A DNA stretch of 63,142 nt, counting the filler, from an uncultured bacterium (GTDB lineage Bacteria > CAYJRR01): NCBI GenBank assembly GCA_964372275.1. It is 5 parts of 5 records of this genome, joined end to end, with 100 filler letters (N's around TTAATTAATTAA, not from the genome) between each part and the next. Parts side by side here need not be neighbours in the genome. Positions count along the whole stretch, not along the records: positions 51,007 to 63,142 come from CAYJRR010000133.1; 4 more parts are not named here. The stretch is one strand, 5' to 3'. Position 1 is the first letter of the stretch, and every line of letters begins with the position of its first letter. The notes beneath the pieces are model-generated. The model saw nothing but the letters and a program-made list of their open reading frames with translations. It had not been told where the DNA came from and did no database searches. This document shows positions 54,124 to 63,142 of the stretch, in pieces. The position numbers and the translations under genes were made by a program.

Positions 54124-54245
54124 GCGAGCAGGATACGCACGCACCGCACTCGATCAAGACCCACGGATGCCCCACAGGTCGGACCTCGCTCCGATCCGCG
54201 GCAACTCCGCAGGAAGCGAGCGGAAGCTCTTCCCATCGTTCGCGT

Positions 54246-55442
54246 TCATCTCCGCGCCAGATCCACATGGAGCGCGAGCTGCGTGGACACCGCCTGTTCC
54301 AGGCCGTAGTGACGGACCGCCGCTTCGCGACATCGCGACGGCAACTCGGGGTCACGAATCAGATCCAGCAGGTCCCGCAGGGCGGCTCCATACGCCGCCT
54401 CGGTGTGCTCGCGCACCACGGTTCCGGTCCGGGTTTCGCTCACGATGAGGTCGACATCTCCGCAGTTGGGCGTGACCGCCACCGGCAGCCCGGCCGCGAG
54501 ATACTCGCCGACCTTCGTCGCCGAGGTCGCGATGTTCGATCGGCCCTCCGCCAGGAGGAAGACCGCGGCGTGATGGCGGCGCAGGAGCGCGGGAACCTCG
54601 TCGGCGTCGGCCGGACCGATCTCGATATCGCCCGGGGCAATTCCACGCGCCGCCGCCCGCGCGAGCAGCGCCTCCCGGTCGGAGCGGGTGGCGATCCGCA
54701 GCCTCGTTCGCGGCACGTGGGTCTTCGCCACGCGCATGAAGTCGAACAGCTCGTCGACGAGATACCGCCCGCCGAGAGATCCGAGATAGATCAGTCCGAC
54801 ATCGCCCTCGGCCGCGGCGCCCGATCGCCGCTCGAAGCGGTCGACGTCGATGCAGCTGCCGACCACCGCGATCGCCCGGCCTCGCCGCGCCACCACCGGA
54901 TCGGAGAGGATCGCCGACCGGGCACGTCTCGACAGCGCCACGATCGCGTCGGCACGGCGATACATCGATCGGGCGATCCAGCTCGCCAGCCGGTATCCGG
55001 CCGACGTCGGCTGCCAGATCCGGTTGTCGAGCTGCTCCTCCGGCCAGAACCCCTCGTTGTGGAAGACGACCCGAACCGGCAGGAAGAGGCCGAGCAGCCA
55101 ACCGACGATCCCTCCGACGTAGGTCCGTGCGTGGACGACGCGGATCCGGTGGCGAACGATCCACCAGGCGCCGAACAGGACCCCTCGCAGGATGTCCCAC
55201 GCCGTCGAAACGTTCCGCGGACGCTTGTGGTAGACGAGGTTCTTCCATCGGATTCCACGACGCTCGAGCTCCCGCCGCACCGTCGCGGTCGACTCGGCGT
55301 CGGCGGTGTCCGCCGGCTTGTCGTAGGTGACCAGGAAGACCTCTTCGCCGCGCTCGGCGAGACCGTGCACCACCGGAAGGACGAGGGCGCGCCCGAGCGG
55401 CTCGGTCGCCCCCCAATAGACGAGGTAGAGGCAGCGCGTCAC
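54246..55442 (-). CDS. glycosyltransferase family 4
   Basis: VHAR.Y, YLGSLGG.Y, SATKVGEYLAAGLPV. Confidence 0.88.
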   Translation of the reverse strand: MTRCLYLVYWGATEPLGRALVLPVVHGLAERGEEVFLVTYDKPADTADAESTATVRRELERRGIRWKNLVYHKRPRNVSTAWDILRGVLFGAWWIVRHRIRVVHARTYVGGIVGWLLGLFLPVRVVFHNEGFWPEEQLDNRIWQPTSAGYRLASWIARSMYRRADAIVALSRRARSAILSDPVVARRGRAIAVVGSCIDVDRFERRSGAAAEGDVGLIYLGSLGGRYLVDELFDFMRVAKTHVPRTRLRIATRSDREALLARAAARGIAPGDIEIGPADADEVPALLRRHHAAVFLLAEGRSNIATSATKVGEYLAAGLPVAVTPNCGDVDLIVSETRTGTVVREHTEAAYGAALRDLLDLIRDPELPSRCREAAVRHYGLEQAVSTQLALHVDLARR

Positions 55443-56356
55443 ACCGTTCCCGGACGCGGGTTCCCGCGAACGACGCGGAGCAGGTGCCGGATCGGGAATC
55501 CGACGAACCGTCCGGTCAGCGACGGATCGCGCGCCAAGGCCCGCAGCCCGTAGCCGGCGGCACGGCCGAGATTGCCGGACCAGAAGCACGAACCCGCGAG
55601 CACCGAGTCGTTGTAGGCCAGGCATCGCCGCCGCAACCGCCGAAGGTCCTCCGGCAGTGCCACCGACGCGAACGCCTTGTCGAGAACCCGCACCGATTCG
55701 CGCTCGAGCATCCGCACGCTTCGACTCATGTTCGTCGCGTGGCGTCGATAGAGGACGAGCGGGTCCGGAACCCACGCCACCTCCTCGCGAAGCCGAAGGC
55801 GGAGGAGCAGGTCCCAATCCGCCATGTTCGCCAGCCCCTCGTCGTACCCCCCGAGCTCCTCGAAGAGATCGTTCCGGATCAGCAGCGTGGAGGGGGTCGC
55901 CTTCGGGATCCCTTCGCGGTGGAAGAGGATCGATTCGAGGTCGAGCCGTATCGGCGTCTCGGGCGTGCGGTCGGTCTCGGGGACGCGGATCGACTTCAGC
56001 TCGGCATCCACCGTCCGGATACCGGTGAGCACCGCCCGCTGGCCCGGTCGAAGGGCCCGGACCTGCCGTTCGAGCTTGTCGGGCAACCAGACGTCGTCGG
56101 CATCGAGGAAGGCGATCCAATCGGTACGAAGCTCCGCCGCGCCGCGGTTCCTCGCCTTGGAGACGCCTCCGTTCGGCTGCCGCACGCAACGGACGCCCCC
56201 CCCGAAACCGGACGCGATCTCCGGCGTTCGATCGGTCGAACCGTCGTCCACGACGACGACGTCGACGGCGGGATGCGTCTGCCCCCGCACCCCCTCCAGC
56301 GCCGCCGCGAGGTAGTTCTGCGCGTTGTAGGCCGGGATCACGACCCCGATCTTCAT
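55439..56356 (-). CDS. glycosyltransferase family 2
   Basis: VVIPAYN, VDDGSTD, ARNRG, FLDADD. Confidence 0.92.
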   Translation of the reverse strand: MKIGVVIPAYNAQNYLAAALEGVRGQTHPAVDVVVVDDGSTDRTPEIASGFGGGVRCVRQPNGGVSKARNRGAAELRTDWIAFLDADDVWLPDKLERQVRALRPGQRAVLTGIRTVDAELKSIRVPETDRTPETPIRLDLESILFHREGIPKATPSTLLIRNDLFEELGGYDEGLANMADWDLLLRLRLREEVAWVPDPLVLYRRHATNMSRSVRMLERESVRVLDKAFASVALPEDLRRLRRRCLAYNDSVLAGSCFWSGNLGRAAGYGLRALARDPSLTGRFVGFPIRHLLRVVRGNPRPGTV

Positions 56357-56405
56357 TGCCTGGTGGATACTACGCGGTAGAACACCGTTTCGAAGCATTC
56401 ATCCG

Positions 56406-57302
56406 ATGTCCACCGCCTTTGCGTTGAAGCAGGCCGTGAAGACCTGCCTGTTCTCGCCCCTCACCCCGTGGGCGTCGCCCCGGAGGTCCGGCCCCCACCC
56501 GGTCCGCCTCTGCTTCGTCTTCCACGTGGAGCGGGTCCACGACCGCAGCACCTTCGATGCGCTGGTCACGTTCGCCGACGAATTCGTCCGGCGGTCCGGC
56601 ACACGGATCGTCGCCTGCGTCATGACCCCGGAGTGCCCCTCGATCCGCCGCGAGATGGAGCGCGCGGGGGTCGGCGAGGCGGAGTTCGCCGACCGGCTGG
56701 GGCGGCTTTCCGAGCGGGCGACGATCGGTTACCACGGCCACTTCTACCGCGATCGCGATCCGGACCGGCCGATCCACCACGCGGCGTTCGACGCCGGATC
56801 GCTGCGCGCGCAGCTCGATCGCGAGTGCGAGTGGCTGGCCGCCCACGGGCATCGGCCCTGGATCTACACCGGAGGATGGTGGTTCCTGCACCCGGACACG
56901 GTGCGAACCCTCGGCGCACGCGGGTTCCGGCTCGACTTCTCGATCCGCCACGAGGAGCCCGACTGCTTCGGCGGCCGATTCTTCGAAGCGGGCCGGGCCC
57001 CCTCCCAGGGCGCACCGTTCCGCCATGCCGAGGGGGGAACGCTCCTCGGCGTCCAGAGCCTGGCCGGCCCGATCGATCCACCCTTCTGGACAGTGCGACG
57101 ACACCTCGCCCCGGTGCTTTCACGGATCGAACGGCAACCGGCCTGGGGGGCGCTGCACGCGCACGACTACGACCTCCCGGACAAGTCGGCTCGGTTCCTG
57201 TCCAACGTGGGCGCCCTCTCCGTCCGAGGCGGCCCGTTCGTGTGGTGCGACGCCGCCGAGATCGAGTCCACCGCCCGCGAGGCGCTCGCTCGATGCGATT
57301 GA
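56406..57302 (+). CDS. hypothetical protein, deacetylase/NodB-like fold suspected
   Basis: FHVE, IGYHGH, YTGGWW, LHAHDYD; head of the + strand GT operon. Confidence 0.55.
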   Translation: MSTAFALKQAVKTCLFSPLTPWASPRRSGPHPVRLCFVFHVERVHDRSTFDALVTFADEFVRRSGTRIVACVMTPECPSIRREMERAGVGEAEFADRLGRLSERATIGYHGHFYRDRDPDRPIHHAAFDAGSLRAQLDRECEWLAAHGHRPWIYTGGWWFLHPDTVRTLGARGFRLDFSIRHEEPDCFGGRFFEAGRAPSQGAPFRHAEGGTLLGVQSLAGPIDPPFWTVRRHLAPVLSRIERQPAWGALHAHDYDLPDKSARFLSNVGALSVRGGPFVWCDAAEIESTAREALARCD

Positions 57303-58282
57303 GCGTCGTCATCCCGAGCCGGAACCGGACCGCGTCGCTGGCCACGACGCTCCCGCCGCTGCTTCGAGAGATCGAGTCGTTCGGCGACGCGGAAGCGGTC
57401 CTCGTCGACGACGCCTCCGACGAAGACTACCCGGCGCGCCTGGGAGCGCTGCTCGACCGGACTCGCTACGTCCGCCTGCCGCGGAACGAAGGGGCCGCCC
57501 GTGCGCGAAACCGCGGCGCGGAGGAGGCGCGCGGCGAGATCCTCGTCTTCCTCGACGACGACATCGAGGTCGGATCGGGTTTCCTCGCCCGACACGCCGA
57601 TCGCCATCGGGCGCTGGACGCACCGCGGATCGTCACCGGACTGCAGGTCCTTCCCGAAGCGACGTTTCGCGGAAGCTTCGGTCGCTATCGGATCTGGAAG
57701 GACCGGCAGTACCAGTCGCCCCCTGGAGAGCCGGAGTCGGCCCGGCCGATCACCGGACTCACCTCGGCGAACTGCTCGCTCCCGCGCGCGTCGTTCGTCG
57801 CCCTCGGCGGCTTCGCGACCGGCGTGAGGGACCTGGCCTGCCAGGACTACGAATTCGCGTGGCGCGCGCGAGAGGCCGGATACACCATCCTGTTCGACCC
57901 CGCGATCCGCACCCTCCACCACGACTCGAGCCGGACCGTCTCGACCTACCTGCGGCGGCAGCACGCGTTCGGATACTCCCACGTGCGTCTGCGCGCGCTG
58001 AACCCGACGATCGACCGCGATCCGATGCTCGCCGAGGAGCTCCGGCGCCGCGGCCCGATCGAACGAGGCCAGCCGGCGGGAATCGTCCTGCGCAAGATCG
58101 CCTTCCGCGCGCTCGCCGCGCGACCGGTGTCGGCCGCCCTCGAGGCCGCGGCGAAGGGATGCGACGCCGTCGGCCTGCTCGACCGACTCGCCTTCCCGCT
58201 CTACGAGCTGGCGGTCGAGGCCTCGTACCAACGCGGGTACGACGCGGCGGTTCGCGCCTTCGCCCCGCGGAAGGCCGGATGA
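57293..58282 (+). CDS. glycosyltransferase family 2
   Basis: LSVVIP, VDDAS, ARNRG, FLDDD, QDYEF. Confidence 0.9.
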   Translation: MRLSVVIPSRNRTASLATTLPPLLREIESFGDAEAVLVDDASDEDYPARLGALLDRTRYVRLPRNEGAARARNRGAEEARGEILVFLDDDIEVGSGFLARHADRHRALDAPRIVTGLQVLPEATFRGSFGRYRIWKDRQYQSPPGEPESARPITGLTSANCSLPRASFVALGGFATGVRDLACQDYEFAWRAREAGYTILFDPAIRTLHHDSSRTVSTYLRRQHAFGYSHVRLRALNPTIDRDPMLAEELRRRGPIERGQPAGIVLRKIAFRALAARPVSAALEAAAKGCDAVGLLDRLAFPLYELAVEASYQRGYDAAVRAFAPRKAG

Positions 58283-59432
58283 TCCGCGTCTTTCACTTCG
58301 CGCAGGATGCCGACACCAGCGGCTTCTTTCCGCAGCTGGCCCGGTTTCACGACCGGACCCGGTTCGAGATGACGTTCGGAACGCTCGGGACCACGGCGCC
58401 GGAGCTCCGGGCGGCGATGGAGGCGGAGGGCGTCCGGGTGACGAGCCTCGGCGCGCGCGGCCGCCGGGACTACCCGCGCGCACTCGCGAGGCTGGTCTCC
58501 GAGCTTCGAACGGCGCGCCCCGACGTCCTCCACACGCACCTCTTCGACCCATCGGCCGTCGGGCTCGTCGCCGGAGCGATCGCGCGCGTCCCGGTGCGGG
58601 TGATGACCCGCCACCACACCGACCTCCACCAGCGACTCGGAAAGCCCCTGCACGTCGCCGTCGACCGGGCCACCGCCGCGATGGCGCATCACGTCGTGGC
58701 CGTCTCGGAACACACGCGCCGCACGATCGTCGAGCGGGAGGGAACCCCGCCGCGGAAGGTGACGACGATCCACAACGGCATCGACCTGACGCGCGTCGAG
58801 CCCCCCTCCGAGGGCGAGGTCCACGCGCTGCGGGTCGAGCTCGGAATCGAACGTTCCGTGGTCGTCACCGTCGTCGCCCGCCTCCACCCGGACAAGGGGC
58901 ACGACGTCCTGCTCGACGCGCTCGCCCTGCTGCGAGACGAGATTCCACCCGTGGTCGTCCTGCTGGCGGGCGAGGGCCCGCACCGGGAGGCGCTCGAACG
59001 ACGCGCGGCGAGCCTCGGCCCCTCCGCTCACCTCCGCTTCCTCGGCTTCCGGAAGGACATCGCCCGCCTCTACGCCGCCGCCGACCTCGTCGTTCTTCCG
59101 AGCCAAAACGAAGCGTTCGGCCTGGTCCTCCCGGAGGCGATGGCCCTCCACCGTCCGGTCCTGGCGACCGCGGTCGGGGGGATCCCCGAGATCGTGGAAC
59201 ACGGCGTCACCGGTTGGCTGGTGGAGCCCGGCTCCGCGGCGGCGATGGCGTCCGCCCTGAAAACGCTGCTCCTCTCCCCGGACCTGCGGCGCCGCCTCGG
59301 CGCGCGGTCGTCGAGTCCAAGTTTCGGTTCGACCGGATGATGCGAGAGTATGAGGCCCTGTATGACCGCCTGGTGGCCGGACGAAAAGGAGATGGGCCTG
59401 CTCACTCCGGGATCGCTGGAGGGATGACGTGA
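58279..59432 (+). CDS. glycosyltransferase family 4 with apparent frameshift near 59300
   Basis: HNGID, VARL..KG, EAFGLVLPEAMA; natural C-terminus (KFRFDRMMREYEALY) lies in another frame ending 59432. Confidence 0.8.
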
Positions 59433-60292
59433 CCTCCGTCTTGCATTGGATGCAGCGCGCGTTGAACGTCTGTCTCGATCCGAACCTGCTTCGCCGAGCC
59501 CTCCTGCGACGTTCGAGCAGGGCTTCCTTGGAAGAGCGGGTCGCCTACGATCTGTTCCCTCGCCCGCACTACGCCTACGGCCTGTATCAGGCGGCGGTCG
59601 AGGCGCAGCGGCTGGGTCTGCGAGACATCGCAGCGATCGAGTTCGGCGTCGCGGGGGGCAACGGACTCCTCGAGCTCGAGTCGCTCGCTCGGGAGATCGG
59701 ACAGACGCTGGGCCTGGAGATCCACGNNNNNNNNNNCGTGTTCGGCTTCGATTCGGGAGCCGGCCTGCCTCCTGCACTCGACCCTCGGGATCTTCCCTAC
59801 GTCTGGCGCGCAGGCGACTTCCGCGTCGACTTGAAGGCGCTCGAGCCGCGCCTCCGGTCCGCGAAGCTGGTGCTGGGAAACGTCTCCGAAACGGTGCCCG
59901 CGTTTCATTCGCGTGAAAAGATCCCTCCCGTCGGTTTCGTCGCCTTCGACCTGGACTACTACACCTCCACCGCCGCCGCGCTCCGGCTGTTCGACGGGGG
60001 GCCGGACCATCTCTTGCCGAGAGTGTTCTGTTACTTCGACGACTGCATCGGCGGCGACCAGGAGCTTCATTCGGAGTTCGCCGGAGAGCTCCTGGCGATC
60101 GAGGAGTTCAACGCCCGGAGCGCCGATCGGAAGCTGGCCCGGATCAACGGCCTTTCGCACAAACGGCTCTTCAAGGCCCCCTGGAACGACTGCATCTTCG
60201 TCTTGCACGTCTTCTCCCATTCCCTGTACACGCGCTACATCAATCCGGATCCGAGCATGCAGCTCGAATTGCGTCCGGGCCGACCCTCATGA
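59429..60292 (+). CDS. TylF/MycF-like methyltransferase-fold protein (10-N gap at 59727-59736)
   Basis: IEFGVAGGNG, GFDSG.GLP, DLDYY.ST, YFDD. Confidence 0.65.
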   Translation: MTSVLHWMQRALNVCLDPNLLRRALLRRSSRASLEERVAYDLFPRPHYAYGLYQAAVEAQRLGLRDIAAIEFGVAGGNGLLELESLAREIGQTLGLEIHXXXXVFGFDSGAGLPPALDPRDLPYVWRAGDFRVDLKALEPRLRSAKLVLGNVSETVPAFHSREKIPPVGFVAFDLDYYTSTAAALRLFDGGPDHLLPRVFCYFDDCIGGDQELHSEFAGELLAIEEFNARSADRKLARINGLSHKRLFKAPWNDCIFVLHVFSHSLYTRYINPDPSMQLELRPGRPS

Positions 60293-61275
60293 GCGCTCCG
60301 ACGATCAGCGTCTGCGTACCGTGCTGCAACTCATCGCGCTACATCGCGCAGGCGATCGAGAGCATCCTCGCGCAGACGTACAGCGACTACGAGATCGTCG
60401 TCAGCGACGACGGTTCCACCGATTCGACGCTCGACGTCGTCCGCCGGTTCGACGATCCGAGAATCCGGATCCGAACGAACGAGCGTCGGGCGGGACAGGC
60501 CGGAAACTGGAACCGCTGCGTCGCCGAGGCGGCCGGCCGGTACGTCGTGCTCCTCCACGACGACGACTATCTGGAGCGGGACTTCCTTCGGCGCGCCGCC
60601 ACCGTCCTCGACGCCTCCCCCGAGGTCGGCCTCGTCCACTGCGGCGTCCGCCTGGTCGACGAGCAACGCGCCGAGCTCGGCATCCGGCGCCTGACCGAAT
60701 CGGACTCGATCGATCCGCCGGGGGTCTTCTTCCGTCGCCTGCTGGCCGAGGGATGCCTGGTGAATCCCGCCGGGGTTATGGTCCGCAACAGCGTCTATCG
60801 AACGGTCGGCGAGTTCACGAGCGCCGTCGCTTGGGGGATCGACTGGCACATGTGGATGCGGATCGCGCTCCGCTACGCCGTCGCCCACCTCGGCACGGTC
60901 CTCGCGAACTACCGGATCCACGCGAAGATGGGAACGACGGCGATCCTCCGGTCGGGGCGAACCGCGCTCGACAGCCGCTGGGTCGCGCTCGATCTTCTGT
61001 CGCAATTGCCGCCGGACACCGATCACGTGGGCGAGTTGAGAAGGCTGGGCCTACGAGGCGTCGCCCACCGGACGCTCTGCATCGCGGAAGACCTTTGCCT
61101 TGCCGGCGAGAACCGGCCGGCCCGGAAGGCCCTCGTCCGGGCGGTCGAAGTCGCTCCGAGCGTACTCGCCGACCGCTACTTCTGGGGCCTCGTCCTGGGC
61201 ACGACCGTCGGTTGGAAGGCGCTCTCGCGACTCGTGTCCGTCAAGCGAAGCCTCCTCGGCGCGCGTAGCGCCTGA
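60289..61275 (+). CDS. glycosyltransferase family 2
   Basis: SVCVP..N, DDGSTD, NWN, LHDDD. Confidence 0.92.
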   Translation: MSAPTISVCVPCCNSSRYIAQAIESILAQTYSDYEIVVSDDGSTDSTLDVVRRFDDPRIRIRTNERRAGQAGNWNRCVAEAAGRYVVLLHDDDYLERDFLRRAATVLDASPEVGLVHCGVRLVDEQRAELGIRRLTESDSIDPPGVFFRRLLAEGCLVNPAGVMVRNSVYRTVGEFTSAVAWGIDWHMWMRIALRYAVAHLGTVLANYRIHAKMGTTAILRSGRTALDSRWVALDLLSQLPPDTDHVGELRRLGLRGVAHRTLCIAEDLCLAGENRPARKALVRAVEVAPSVLADRYFWGLVLGTTVGWKALSRLVSVKRSLLGARSA

Positions 61276-61286
61276 AACCGGGCGTC

Positions 61287-62441
61287 TCACCGGCGACCGG
61301 AGTGAACGCCGTGGGCCTGCGAGCTCGCGACGTCCCGGCGAATCTGCTCGAACGTCTCGAGGGCGAGCGCGACCGCTTCGTCGGTGTTCATGTAGCGGTA
61401 CCGCGCCAGGCGGCCGGCGAAATACACCCGATTTCGGCGAGTCTCCGCCTCGGCCATCTCGGCGTATCGCTGGAACAGTGCGCGACTCTCCGGAGCCGGC
61501 ACCGGATAGTAGGGATCTCCGGTGCCCTGGGAGTATTCGTAGCAGACGACCGTTCGCGGATGCTTCTGACCGGTGACGTGCTTGATCTCGACCGTCCGGG
61601 TGTAGTCGTGCGTGTCCGGGTAGTTGATCTGGACGCAAGGCTGTACGAACTCCTGGTCGACCGGCCGGAACTCAAAGCGGAGCGATCGCCACGGCAACGC
61701 CCCCTCGCGTCGATCGAAGTATTCGTCGAGCGGCCCGCAGTAGACGGTGGCGAAGCGGGGGCGCACGGCGCTTCGGAGTTCGTTGTAGTCGGTCCGAAGG
61801 AGAAGATGGATCTTCGGCTGCGAGATCATCCGCCGGAACATGGCCGTGAAGCCGTCGGCTGGCGTGACCTGGAACGGGGCGTCGACGTAGCGCTCGTCCC
61901 GGTTCAAGCGGACCGGAATGCGGCCGCACACCGATGGATCCAGATCGCGCGGATGCCGCTCCCATTGCTTCAGGGTGTAGCCGAGGTAGAACGCCTCGTA
62001 GAGCTCGCGTCCGACCCGGGAAAGCACGAACTCCTCGGAGTTTTTCGGACCCTCGATCCGCTCCCTCAAGCTCTCCAGGAGCGCCTCCGCGCCACGCTCG
62101 TCCAGCGTCCGGCCGAAGAACATCTCGAGCGTCGTGATGTTGATCGGAAACGGAAGGAGCTGTCCCCGGACCTGGCTCTTCACCACGTAGTTCCCCGGGA
62201 TCCAGGTCGTGAACGCCGAGAGGTAGTCGAGCAGCGGCTGTTTGTCCGTGCGGAAGTAGTGCGGTCCGTATTGATGGACGAGGAGCCCGCTCTCGTGGAA
62301 CCGGTCGAAACAGTTCCCCGCCAGGTGATCGCGCTTCTCCACGATCAGGCACGTCCACCCCAGCTGCGTCGCCGCACGCTCGGCGATGACGCAACCCACC
62401 GGACCGGCGCCGACGATCAGCAGATCCAGCGGATCGAACAT
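61287..62441 (-). CDS. glf: UDP-galactopyranose mutase
   Basis: IVGAG..G, H.YGPHYFRT, YT.KQW, RIPVR, PYYP, GRLA.Y.Y.N.D. Confidence 0.95.
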   Translation of the reverse strand: MFDPLDLLIVGAGPVGCVIAERAATQLGWTCLIVEKRDHLAGNCFDRFHESGLLVHQYGPHYFRTDKQPLLDYLSAFTTWIPGNYVVKSQVRGQLLPFPINITTLEMFFGRTLDERGAEALLESLRERIEGPKNSEEFVLSRVGRELYEAFYLGYTLKQWERHPRDLDPSVCGRIPVRLNRDERYVDAPFQVTPADGFTAMFRRMISQPKIHLLLRTDYNELRSAVRPRFATVYCGPLDEYFDRREGALPWRSLRFEFRPVDQEFVQPCVQINYPDTHDYTRTVEIKHVTGQKHPRTVVCYEYSQGTGDPYYPVPAPESRALFQRYAEMAEAETRRNRVYFAGRLARYRYMNTDEAVALALETFEQIRRDVASSQAHGVHSGRR

Positions 62442-62502
62442 GCGCCGCTCCTCGCCGGGGCCGCTACCAAGAACCGCATGACGGAATGCTATAACTGCGC
62501 GG

Positions 62503-63142
62503 ATGAGCGAGCACGGCAAAGTCGCAATTGCCGGACGTCCGGCGTTGCCGACCCCGTCGGAGTTGCAGGAGCTTCGGAAGCTCATGCTTCCCGTACTGAG
62601 ATTCCGCGAGCCGATCATCAGCCACGGGAAGGGTTCCTTCGTATGGGACACGACCGGCCGAAGGCTCCTGGACCTCAACAGTGGCCAGTTTTGTGCCATC
62701 TTCGGACACTCCGATCCGGGCACCGCCGACCGGGTGGAGCGGATCGCGGCGACGCTCCAGGACACCGATACCTCCACCCTCTCCCTCGACGTGCTCCACG
62801 CCGCGCGTGCCCTCCATGAGATCACGCCGGAGATGAACAGCCGCGTACTGTTCCTCTCGACCGGAGCGGAGGCGAACGAGTGCTGTCTGAAGTACGCCAA
62901 GCACCTCAAGGAGAAGAGCGGAGTTCTCGCGTTCGAACACGGGTATCACGGGCTCACCCATGGAACGGCCGGCTACTCGATGTCGCGGGACCGGATCCGT
63001 CCTCCGCTTCCGCACTCCTACGTGGTGAAGACGCCGGCATGCAGGGATCCGGACGATTGCCCCCCGACGTGCTGGAGCGGTGCCTGGCAGACCTGGAGTC
63101 GACGCTATCGCGTCACTCCGACTCGATCGCGGCCGCCATCTT
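62503..63142 (+). CDS. class III aminotransferase (3' partial, not in ORF track; frameshift at C6 run 63060-63065)
   Basis: hand translation: GKGSFVWD..GRRLLD, GHS, STGAEANE, YHGLT; IAAAI resumes in a shifted frame. Confidence 0.85.
   Translation, partial: MSEHGKVAIAGRPALPTPSELQELRKLMLPVLRFREPIISHGKGSFVWDTTGRRLLDLNSGQFCAIFGHSDPGTADRVERIAATLQDTDTSTLSLDVLHAARALHEITPEMNSRVLFLSTGAEANECCLKYAKHLKEKSGVLAFEHGYHGLTHGTAGYSMSRDRIRPPLPHSYVVKTPACRDPDDCPPTCWSGAWQTWSRRYRVTPTRSRPPS

Overview
This high-GC bacterial window is five ~12-13 kb contigs (1-12988, 13089-25872, 25973-38483, 38584-50906, 51007-63142) joined by 100-bp N/TTAATTAATTAA spacers, with two internal 10-N gaps. A MYXO-CTERM tail, an FHA-sigma54 activator, a Hanks kinase and a VegA-like Cys motif suggest a Myxococcota-like organism (inference). 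Contig 1 holds a CHASE2 Ser/Thr kinase, an Flp-like pilin, an output-less CHASE2 protein, an FHA-sigma54 activator, a diguanylate cyclase, SpoIID, greB and queA. Contig 2 holds clpA, apaG, a fibre-like lipoprotein, Lhr, a Gly-rich lipoprotein, a glutamate-synthase-family protein, an EpmC-like HExxH protein and hppA. Contig 3 holds a THUMP methyltransferase, an SDR, tandem PAS histidine kinases (one lacking the phospho-His), a GMC oxidoreductase and an ethylmalonyl-CoA pathway operon (mcd-mch-ecm-ccr). Contig 4 holds GT-C-like membrane proteins, a surface amidase, a three-gene cluster around a 1224-aa protein of ~60 aromatic beta-hairpin repeats, and an M20 peptidase whose end overlaps the start of contig 1. 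Contig 5 is a surface-polysaccharide locus. Many genes look leaderless, one 20-bp gap has overlapping divergent -10 boxes, and four sigma54-type promoters all precede exported proteins. No rRNA, tRNA, CRISPR array or transposase was recognised. The best candidates for undescribed systems are the CHASE2-kinase/pilin/CHASE2/FHA-EBP module and the repeat-protein cluster. All family calls are by eye; no database search was run.
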